Of a stretch of 64,000 nucleotides of DNA, positions 56,230 through 64,000 are shown in pieces. Positions within the stretch are counted from its first letter, which is position 1. The number at the start of each line of letters is the position of its first letter. The translations under genes were made by a program, and so were the position numbers. This stretch comes from Thermoanaerobaculia bacterium. Lineage in GTDB: Bacteria; Acidobacteriota; Thermoanaerobaculia; UBA5066. The notes beneath the pieces were generated by a model. It ran no database searches, was not told where the DNA came from, and saw nothing but the letters and a program-made list of their open reading frames with translations. The DNA lies in NCBI GenBank assembly GCA_963719225.1, contig CAVRAY010000001.1:1344001-1408000 (forward strand), in the 5' to 3' direction.

Positions 56230-57086
56230 AGAAGCTCGTCGTCGCGTCTCTCTGCCTCCTGGCGCTCTTTGCTGTCGCCGCACCTGCTTCAGATGCGCCG
56301 GGCGTCCTCTTTCCCGTGTCGTTCTCGGTCGAGCATGCGCTCGTACAAACCGGCCTCGACGGGTCCGAGTTCCGGACGGACGCGGTCACGGATACGTACG
56401 GCGGCTCGCACCTCGTGTCGGTCCGGCCGGGCGGAAGCCGCGTGATCGTGGACTTCGCGAGGCGCGAGCTCACCGAGGTGAGCGTGGAGAAGTCCACGTA
56501 CTGGACGCTCTCCTTCTCCCAGATGGGCGACCTGTCGCGGCGTCTCGCCGCCGCCGAGGAAAGGCCGACGATCGCGAAGGACAGGAGGGCGTCCGTATCG
56601 CCGGCCCCGCCCGTCGTCAAGGTCGAGGAGATCGACGCGGCTCGCGAGAGGCAGGCTCTCGCGACGGGGCTTCCCGCCTCGCGCGCGGGGGTCCGCCACT
56701 TCCGCGCTTCCGTCGAAGGGGGTCCCATCGCAGACGTGTGGGTCGACGGCACGCTTCGCCTCACGCCGGCCGCCCTGGACGCGCTCGAGAGCTTCGAGCG
56801 CGACGTCCTCGGATCCGCGTCGAGGGGCGAGGTCAACGTCTCCTCTCTTGCCGCGGCGGCGCGCCGCGCCGCGGGCGGCGCCGTGCCCGTACGCGTCCGG
56901 CGCTCGCTCGGAGCGGACCGCGGCACCTCAGACGACACCGCGCTTTCGCTGACGCCGCTGCCGGCCTTTCCGCAGAAGCTCCTCGTCGTGGGCGACGGCT
57001 TCCGCCGCGTCGCGAGCCCGCTCGAGGTCATGGTCGCGTTCGCCGAGGAAGAGGCCTCGCACGACTCGTCGAGGCTCGTGAAGTGA
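56226..57086 (+). CDS. Secreted hypothetical protein (beta-rich, DUF4412/LolA-like suspected)
   Basis: ATGA overlap with the giant gene; MKKLVVASLCLLALFAVA signal; RVIVDF..RELTEV...KSTYW. Confidence 0.7.
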   Translation: MKKLVVASLCLLALFAVAAPASDAPGVLFPVSFSVEHALVQTGLDGSEFRTDAVTDTYGGSHLVSVRPGGSRVIVDFARRELTEVSVEKSTYWTLSFSQMGDLSRRLAAAEERPTIAKDRRASVSPAPPVVKVEEIDAARERQALATGLPASRAGVRHFRASVEGGPIADVWVDGTLRLTPAALDALESFERDVLGSASRGEVNVSSLAAAARRAAGGAVPVRVRRSLGADRGTSDDTALSLTPLPAFPQKLLVVGDGFRRVASPLEVMVAFAEEEASHDSSRLVK

Positions 57087-60000
57087 AGAATCGCACGCTC
57101 TCGCTCGCGCTCGGCGTCGCCCTCCTCGGGGCCGGTGCCGCTCGCGGGGAGTCGCCGTTTTCGATCGGCGCCCCTCTCGCGGCGCGCGCGATCTTCGGGT
57201 GCTCGGAAGTGACCGTCGCGGACGGCGCGACCGTGCGTTCGGAAGGCGTCTCGTCGTACTCCGCGAAGGAAGGGCGAGGGCACGTGGCCTCGAACGGCGA
57301 CATCGCCGTCTCCTCGCGGGCCGTCGTCATGGGCGACGTCGCGGCCGGGCCAGGACATACCGTCACCGTGGCGGCCGACGCGGCCGTTTCTGGCCTGACG
57401 ACGCCGGCGGCCGCCGCCGTGGACTGCCGTCCCGTCGACCTCGTGAAGCTCGCGGCGGCAATCGGCCCGAACGACAACGCGAAGATCCCGAAGACCGCGC
57501 TGGGAAAGAGCGCCCTGTCTGGCCCAGCGGGGGACGCGCTCGTCCTCGCCGGGCGCGACTCGGTCACGCTCCCCGCGGGGACGTACGTGTTCTCGTCGAT
57601 CGACCTTTCGAGCCGGGCGCACGTGATGGTGGCGGGAGAGGCTCGCGTCTTCGTTATGGGCGACGTCCACCTCGCGGGCAACAGCGCGTTGAATGCCGCG
57701 GGCGGAGCTTTCCGGCTGCGGCTCTTCACGTCGGGTCCGCGCCTGACGGTCGAATCGTCCTCGACGCTCGGCGCGTTCGTGTACGCGCCGTCCGCCGCGG
57801 TGTTCGTGGACACGGAGAGCCGCGTGCTCGGGACTCTTTTCGCGAGCGCGGTGACTGTTCGCCACGCCTCCGCGGTGATCCGGGTCGTGGACGACACGCC
57901 GCCCGTGCTCACGCTTCTCGAGCCCGGAACGTCCGGCGCGCCCGTGCTCTCCGCGGTGCGCGTGCGCGGCCTCGTGCGCGATCCCGAGACCGCCGTGACG
58001 AGCGCCAAGGTGAACGGGCAGGTCTTGGCGCTGGCGGACGACGGGTCCTTCGACACGACGGTCGACGCGACCTCGTCCGCCGAGGTGCGTCTCGACGGCG
58101 AGAACGCCATGGGCCTCGTGTCGACGGTACGCGTGTCGCTGTGCAGCGGACCTCCTCAACTCGTGATCCAGTCGCCCGCGAACGGCTCCCTCGTGGGCGA
58201 TCGGATCGGATCCGTCACCGGAACCTGCGGCACGGCCTCGTCGGTCGCCGTGAACGGCCGGCCTGCCGCCGTCGCGAACGGTGCGTTCCGGCTCGACGGC
58301 ATCGACTTCGGGCCCGACGGCCTCGTCGTGCTCAACGTCGTCGCCTCCAGCGTTTGCGCCCAGACGGCCCTCGCGACGGCGTTCACGCTCGACACGCAGC
58401 CGCCGGCCGTCGCCATCGACACGCCGACCTCGGGTTCCGTCGTGGGCGCCTCGCCCCTCGCCGTGAGCGGCACGTTCGTGGAGCCGAACCTCGCCTCGAT
58501 CACGGTGAACGGCGTCGCTGCGGCGATCTCGGGCAGCCGCTTCACGGCCACCGTGCCGGTTCCCGCCGGCATCTCGACGCTCATCGCCGAAGCGCGGGAC
58601 AAGATCGGACACGTCGGCCTCTCGACTCCCGTGAGCGTCACGCTCGACACGCAGGCGGCCTCCGTCGTCATCACGAGCCCCGCTTCCGGCACGCTCACGG
58701 GCGACGCGACGGCGACCGTCTCGGGCACCGCGGACATGCCCGGGCTCGCGAGCGTTCGCGTCGCGGGGCGCACGGCGACTCTTTCGGGAAAGAGCTTCAC
58801 CGTTTCGGGCGTCCCTCTCGTGGAAGGCGACAACCGGCTCGTAGCGGAGGCGATCGACGCGAGCAGCCGGTCGTTCCTCTCGCAGCCGGTCGTCGTGACG
58901 CTGGATTCGCTGCCGCCGGACGTGGCGCTCGATACGACTTCCTTCCCGCTCCTCACGAAGAGCACGGCGATCACCGTCTCGGGGACGGTCTCGGATCCCC
59001 ACCTCGGTCCCGTCACGGTCAACGGCGTGGCGGCGCTCGTCTCCGGCGGGCGTTTCACGGCGACGAACGTGCCGCTCGTCGAAGGCGACAATCCGGTCCG
59101 CGCGCATGCCGTCGACACGCTCGGGCACTCGGCCGACTCGGCGGCGGCCACCGTGAACCGCGACACGCAGGGCCCGGCGGTGACGATCACCTCGCCCGCC
59201 TCGGGTGCCCAGCTCGCGAACGCGAGCCTCGTCGTCACCGGCACCGCGTCCGATCCCCACCTCGCCGGCGTGACGGTGAACGGCGTTTCTGCGCCCGTGA
59301 CGAACGGGACGTTCACCACAAGCCTGACGCTCGGCGAGGGAGATTCGACCCTCGTCGCGAGCGCGGTGGACTCGCTCGGGAATTCGGGCGCCTCGCCGGG
59401 CGTGCCCGTCACGGTCGACACGATCGCGCCCGTCGTCTCGATCGACGCGCCGGCCAACACTCTCACGGGCTCGGCGTTCGTGACCGTCACGGGCACGGTC
59501 CTCGAACCGCACCTCCTGTCCGTCACGGTGGCCGGCGTCCCGGCGGCCGCCTCGGGCGGGCGCTTCGTGGCCACGAACGTGCCGCTCGTCGAAGGCACGC
59601 AGCAGATCACCGCGGTCGCGCTCGACACGTTCGGCCACCGCAGCGAGTCCGGGCCGGTCACGTACCGACTGGACTCGACGCCGCCGGTTTTGACGATCGA
59701 CAAGCCGCCACCCGACTCCGCCTGCTTCGCCTCGGGCGCGCCGATCGCGGTCTCGGGGCACGTCGGCGTCCCCGGGTCCGCGAGCGCGCGGCCCGCCGTC
59801 TCCCTCGTCGTGAAGCCTTCCGGCGGCGCGCCACAGACGTTCGCGGCGGTCCTGGATGCGGCCGGCACGACCTGGAGCGTGGCGGCGGTGGATCCCGGCT
59901 CGTCCGACGGCTTCGCCGTCCTGACCGCCTCAACAGGCGACGCGCTGGGACACGACGTCAGGGTCGTCCGCAGCGTGCGCGTGAAAGCCTCGACTCCAGC

Positions 60001-63000
60001 GGTCTCGCTGCTCCTCGACGGCAGCGCCTTCCCGGGCAGCGCCGCGGGCGCGACGGCGGCGCCGGGCGAGACGCCCGTGCTCCTCGGCCGCGTCGTGAAG
60101 CCGCGCGCGCTCGTGACGGACGGCCCCGGCGCGGCGCCTCCGGTGCCGGTCCTCACGCTCGACGGCGCGCCTTACACGGGAGCCGTCATCGACGCCGAGG
60201 GCACGCATCTTCTCGCCGCAACCGTGAGCGACTGCGCGGGGCACTCCGCCTCCCGGCACGCGCTCTTCACGATCGACGTGACGCCACCGCGGCTTCTCTC
60301 GACGGTGCCGGCCGACGGTGTGACTCTCGGCGCGGCTGTCACCTCCTTCAGCGGAACGTCCGATCCGGACCTCGCCTCGGCTGCGGTCGACGGCGTGGCC
60401 GCGGGAGTGAGCGGCGGAGCGTTCTCGCTCGTTCCTTTCTCTTCGAAGGAAGGCACGAACGCCCTCGCGATCGTCCTCGTCGATCGGGCGGGGAACCGCT
60501 CGGTCTTCTCGCGCTCCTTCAATGTGAAGTCCCTGGCCCCCTCCGTCGAGATCCTCGAAGGGGGAGTGCCCCTCGGCACCGGCGCGACGTTTTTCCGCAC
60601 GGTGACGCCGGTCGTCCGCGCGAACGATCCCTCCGCGACGGTCGCCGCCACGCTCAACGGCTCGCCGTTCGTCTCCGGCACTCCGGTGAGCGCGGCCGGA
60701 ACCTACACGGTCAGCGCCACGGCCACCGACGCGCTCGGCCACGCGGGAAACGCGACCGCCAGCTTCAAGATCGACCTTTCCGCGCCGCCCACGATCGACA
60801 TTACGGCGCCGCCCGACCGCGCCGTCCTCCCGGGCCCCGCGATCGCGGTGACCGGCACGGCCAGCGCGTCCGTCACGAGCGTCACCGTGAACGGCCGGGC
60901 CGCGACGCTCGCGGGGGCCGCCTGGACGGTGCCGGACCTGGTCCTCCCACCCGACGTCCCGGTCGAGATCATCGCGATCGGCGCGGATGCCCTCGGCCGC
61001 ACCGCGACCGCGATACGTCAGGTCACGGTGCGATCCGTCGGGCCGCAGGTTCAGATTCTCGATCCGCCCAACGGCTTCCGGACGAACCGCAAGAAGATCG
61101 ACGTCGTGGGCGCCGTCGTCGGCGGGCCTTCCATGACCGCGAACGGCACGGTCGTCGTCGCGGGAGCGACGCTTCCGCTCGACGCGCTCGGCACCTTCCG
61201 CGCGAAGGACGTCGCCCTCATCGACGGCGCCAACACGCTCGTCGCGTCCGCCGTCGACTCGCAGGGCCGCACGGGGAACGCGCAGGTCGTCGTCACGACG
61301 GACACGCTCGCGCCGCTCATCGCGATCATGGCCGAGGGCCAGCCTCTCGTCGACGGCGCGAGCTTCGCGCGCGCGTTCACGGTGCACGTCGAGATCACCG
61401 ACAACACGCTGCCTCTCCCGATTCCGGTCATCCGTCTCAACGGGCTGGACCGCGGCGCCACCGCGGCCGCCACGGACCTTCCGATCGCGCAGAACGGCGG
61501 CTACATCCTCTCCGTCGTCGCGCGCGACGCGGCGGGCAACGAGAGCCGCGCGGAGCGCAGCTTCGTCCTGGCGTCGGGCGGCTGCTCGGTGAGCGCCCTC
61601 GATCCTTCGGACGGGGCGGTCGTGGCGGCCTCCGCGATCACGCTGCACGGGAAGAGCGGCGACGCGCAGACCGTGAAGGTGACCGTGGGCGGCCAGACCT
61701 TCACCGCGCAGCTCGCCGACGGCACGTTCGCCGCGGGCGGCGTCCCGCTTCCCATCGTGGGCGACAACACTCTGCAGATCGCGTGCACGGACCGCTCGGG
61801 GGCGACCACGACGACGAACCTGAAGCTCACGCGGCTCGCGGACGGCCCCGGTCCCGTCGTGCGCATCACGGCCCCGGCGAACGGCGCGCGGCAGACCGTT
61901 CCGACCGCGCCCGTCGCCGGGACGGTTTCCGATCCGTCCGCGACCGTCCTGGTGAACGGCGTGAAGGCGCTCGTGGCGCCGGCCGGCACGTTCTCGCTGG
62001 CGTCGCTGCCGCTCGTAGAGGGCCCGAACGTGTTCGCGGCGCGCGCCCTCGACGCCGCCGGACGCTCGGGGGAAGACCGCGTCGTCATTTATCGCGACTC
62101 GGCCCCGCCGAAGGTCACGATCACATCGCCTCCGGACGGCGCGCACGTGGGCCTGCCGGGCGCGGGCCCGGCCGCGGTCACGGTGACGGGCGCCGTGGAC
62201 CTCACGAACGAGCCGAACCTCTCTTCCGTCGTCGTCTCCAGCGCGGCGGGCTCCGTGACGGCGACCGTGGATCCGGATTCCGGCGCGTTCTTCGCCGCCG
62301 GTGTGCCGCTCGTGACGTCGACGCCCGGCTCGCCGCAGACGCTCACGGCGACCGCCACGGACACGCTTTCACAGGTCGGCTCGGCGAGCGTGTCCGTCAT
62401 CTTCGATCCTGCCGCCCCCGCGCTCGTTCTCTCGCTCCCGATCGACCTGACGCGCTTCACCGAGACGTCGCCGCCCTCCTTCCCGGTCGCCGGCGAGGCG
62501 TGGGCGAAGGACGGCGCGCAGATCTCGCTGAACGGCGGCGCCCTCGATCCCGCGACCCTGAGCTGGGAACCGGCCGCAGCCGACGGCCGGCGGCATGTGT
62601 CGTTCGCGGCGCAGGTGACGGTGCCCGCGCAGGAGGGGCCGTTCGGGCTCATCGCGCGCGTGGAAGAGCCGGCGGGCGCGTACGCGAACGATCGGCGCCT
62701 CCTCTACAAGGACGTGACCGCGCCGACGGTGATCGAGCTTTCGCCCGCCGACGGGGCGAAACAGGTGGACGCGAACGAGATTCCGCTCGCGCTCTTCAGC
62801 GAGCCGGTGAAGCCGTCCTCGCTCGGAACCGTGGACGGACTCACGCTCACGCGCGTCGCGACAGGCGACAAGTCCGTCGGCACGTTCACGGTCGCCGGCA
62901 ACGCCGTCGCGTTCGTTCCGGGCGCGGCGCTCGCGCGAGGCGAGGTCTATCTCTTCCGGGCCGGCCCGGGCGTGACGGATCTCGCCGGGCATCCGCTCGC

Positions 63001-64000
63001 GGCCGCGAAGGAAGCACGCTTCACGGTCGCGACTCTCTCCACGGGCGTGCCTCCCGTGCTCGATCCGGTCCCCCCCGTGATCTGCGCGACCCAGATCGCG
63101 ATCACGGGCACGGCGGCGCCGAACGCGGCCGTGCGCCTCAAGGACGGCGACCTCACGTTCTCGGGCAACGCGGACGCCTCGGGCCGTTTCTCGATCACGA
63201 TTCCCCTCTCCGGCAACGGCTTCCACGCCGTTCATGCCTCGACGCTCGACCGCGACGGCGCGGGAGCCTCTCCCGAGGCGACGGTGCTCTTTCGCGTGGA
63301 CTGCAGCTCTCCCTCCGTCCTCGGCGCCTCGTTCGACCGGTCCTCGGGGAAGATCACGGTTGCCTTCAGCGAGGCGATGGGCGCCGCGTCGCTCACGGTC
63401 GGCGGGACCGGGAGCGCGATCACGGTCTCCAAGGCCGACGATCCGACGCACGCGCCGCAGGCCGCGACTGTCGCTCTCTCTGCGGACGGCGCGACGGCCA
63501 CGCTGGATCTCGGCACGGCGCCCGGGGCGTGGTGGCAGAACGTCTCCGTGCGCCTTCTCGTGGGGCCGCCCGCGGCGGACGCGTCGGGGAACGCCCTCGG
63601 CTCTTCCTTCGAGACCGTCTTCTTCGCGGGCGGCGGCGGAGATCTCTCCGGAGGCTTCCTCTCGGGTGAGGCGTACGACGACGAAAGCGGCCGCCCGCTC
63701 GCGGGCGCGGAAGTAAAGCTCTTCGCGTCCGGCGCCGCCCTGCCGGGCTCGGTACCGGCGGTGCAGGTGGGCACGCCCGTCGCCTCCAGCGTGACGGACG
63801 GCCGCGGGCGGTTCAGCCTCGTGGGCGACGTCGCGGCCGGGCGCTACGCGCTCGTGCTTTCGCGGAGCGGGTATTCGCGCGCCGTTCGCCGTCTCGCGCT
63901 CGAGCCGGCCGTGGGCGCCGTGCCGTTCGACAGCCGGCTCACGCCGCTCGGCGCGCAGGGGGCCGCGCTCCTCCACGCCGCGACGGGCGGAACGTACGAC
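57083..64000 (+). CDS. Second giant secreted Ig-repeat protein (>2306 aa, runs off window; absent from ORF track)
   Basis: GTG 57083 overlaps the upstream TGA. Reads MKNRTLSLALGVALLGAGAARGESPF..., a beta-helix-like region, about 20 or more DT.PP.V.I.SP/VTVNG/L.EG.N Ig repeats and Big_5 (FSEPV). No ORF listed in this frame, consistent with no stop before 64000. Confidence 0.88.
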   Translation, partial: MKNRTLSLALGVALLGAGAARGESPFSIGAPLAARAIFGCSEVTVADGATVRSEGVSSYSAKEGRGHVASNGDIAVSSRAVVMGDVAAGPGHTVTVAADAAVSGLTTPAAAAVDCRPVDLVKLAAAIGPNDNAKIPKTALGKSALSGPAGDALVLAGRDSVTLPAGTYVFSSIDLSSRAHVMVAGEARVFVMGDVHLAGNSALNAAGGAFRLRLFTSGPRLTVESSSTLGAFVYAPSAAVFVDTESRVLGTLFASAVTVRHASAVIRVVDDTPPVLTLLEPGTSGAPVLSAVRVRGLVRDPETAVTSAKVNGQVLALADDGSFDTTVDATSSAEVRLDGENAMGLVSTVRVSLCSGPPQLVIQSPANGSLVGDRIGSVTGTCGTASSVAVNGRPAAVANGAFRLDGIDFGPDGLVVLNVVASSVCAQTALATAFTLDTQPPAVAIDTPTSGSVVGASPLAVSGTFVEPNLASITVNGVAAAISGSRFTATVPVPAGISTLIAEARDKIGHVGLSTPVSVTLDTQAASVVITSPASGTLTGDATATVSGTADMPGLASVRVAGRTATLSGKSFTVSGVPLVEGDNRLVAEAIDASSRSFLSQPVVVTLDSLPPDVALDTTSFPLLTKSTAITVSGTVSDPHLGPVTVNGVAALVSGGRFTATNVPLVEGDNPVRAHAVDTLGHSADSAAATVNRDTQGPAVTITSPASGAQLANASLVVTGTASDPHLAGVTVNGVSAPVTNGTFTTSLTLGEGDSTLVASAVDSLGNSGASPGVPVTVDTIAPVVSIDAPANTLTGSAFVTVTGTVLEPHLLSVTVAGVPAAASGGRFVATNVPLVEGTQQITAVALDTFGHRSESGPVTYRLDSTPPVLTIDKPPPDSACFASGAPIAVSGHVGVPGSASARPAVSLVVKPSGGAPQTFAAVLDAAGTTWSVAAVDPGSSDGFAVLTASTGDALGHDVRVVRSVRVKASTPAVSLLLDGSAFPGSAAGATAAPGETPVLLGRVVKPRALVTDGPGAAPPVPVLTLDGAPYTGAVIDAEGTHLLAATVSDCAGHSASRHALFTIDVTPPRLLSTVPADGVTLGAAVTSFSGTSDPDLASAAVDGVAAGVSGGAFSLVPFSSKEGTNALAIVLVDRAGNRSVFSRSFNVKSLAPSVEILEGGVPLGTGATFFRTVTPVVRANDPSATVAATLNGSPFVSGTPVSAAGTYTVSATATDALGHAGNATASFKIDLSAPPTIDITAPPDRAVLPGPAIAVTGTASASVTSVTVNGRAATLAGAAWTVPDLVLPPDVPVEIIAIGADALGRTATAIRQVTVRSVGPQVQILDPPNGFRTNRKKIDVVGAVVGGPSMTANGTVVVAGATLPLDALGTFRAKDVALIDGANTLVASAVDSQGRTGNAQVVVTTDTLAPLIAIMAEGQPLVDGASFARAFTVHVEITDNTLPLPIPVIRLNGLDRGATAAATDLPIAQNGGYILSVVARDAAGNESRAERSFVLASGGCSVSALDPSDGAVVAASAITLHGKSGDAQTVKVTVGGQTFTAQLADGTFAAGGVPLPIVGDNTLQIACTDRSGATTTTNLKLTRLADGPGPVVRITAPANGARQTVPTAPVAGTVSDPSATVLVNGVKALVAPAGTFSLASLPLVEGPNVFAARALDAAGRSGEDRVVIYRDSAPPKVTITSPPDGAHVGLPGAGPAAVTVTGAVDLTNEPNLSSVVVSSAAGSVTATVDPDSGAFFAAGVPLVTSTPGSPQTLTATATDTLSQVGSASVSVIFDPAAPALVLSLPIDLTRFTETSPPSFPVAGEAWAKDGAQISLNGGALDPATLSWEPAAADGRRHVSFAAQVTVPAQEGPFGLIARVEEPAGAYANDRRLLYKDVTAPTVIELSPADGAKQVDANEIPLALFSEPVKPSSLGTVDGLTLTRVATGDKSVGTFTVAGNAVAFVPGAALARGEVYLFRAGPGVTDLAGHPLAAAKEARFTVATLSTGVPPVLDPVPPVICATQIAITGTAAPNAAVRLKDGDLTFSGNADASGRFSITIPLSGNGFHAVHASTLDRDGAGASPEATVLFRVDCSSPSVLGASFDRSSGKITVAFSEAMGAASLTVGGTGSAITVSKADDPTHAPQAATVALSADGATATLDLGTAPGAWWQNVSVRLLVGPPAADASGNALGSSFETVFFAGGGGDLSGGFLSGEAYDDESGRPLAGAEVKLFASGAALPGSVPAVQVGTPVASSVTDGRGRFSLVGDVAAGRYALVLSRSGYSRAVRRLALEPAVGAVPFDSRLTPLGAQGAALLHAATGGTYD

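Noticed and set aside
56204-59761. Long minus-strand ORFs over the giant genes (also 39703..42699, 42856..45141, 59930..62146)
   Set aside because: Antisense shadows of GC-rich CDSs with no recognisable motifs
57199-63669. 2156-aa plus-strand ORF in the track
   Set aside because: Arg-rich off-frame shadow of the real gene starting at 57083; high GC3 removes stops from alternative frames
1-64000. CRISPR arrays, tRNA/rRNA, prophage or DGR TR/VR pairs
   Set aside because: No regularly spaced identical repeats, RNA gene signatures, phage genes or reverse transcriptase seen; the giant-gene repeats are diverged protein repeats

Overview
Very GC-rich (roughly 70% by eye) bacterial window. Gene content and the kinase/TolB-propeller and DUF6600-type genes suggest an Acidobacteriota (Thermoanaerobaculia-like) diderm; this is inference. 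1-24 kb holds housekeeping and signalling genes: a TPR Ser/Thr kinase, a LeuB-family dehydrogenase hit by an IS5-family element with a CTAG duplication, cobB-radC-lhgO, a wHTH-FHA regulator next to a frameshifted kinase, and metG-LOG-tatD. 24-37 kb holds a Phd/ParE-type TA module, an mdtABC RND pump whose outer-membrane factor has an in-frame TAG, an Omp85-family gene and a DUF6600-type gene. 37.9-64 kb is a translationally coupled operon of giant secreted proteins: ~6100 aa, a small 286-aa secreted protein, and a >2300-aa Ig-repeat protein that is missing from the ORF track. Three signals stand out. (1) An AT-rich motif (core TTC-N3-GAA, e.g. GGGATTTCTT[A/C]GAAGGTA) recurs inside unrelated genes, mostly as inverted pairs in a fixed order, and forces rare codons. 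(2) The giant-protein operon has a ~320-aa Gly-rich repeat array and no recognisable export or anchor domain. (3) Palindromic elements are inserted in frame in leuB and mdtC. All calls were made by eye; no database searches were run.
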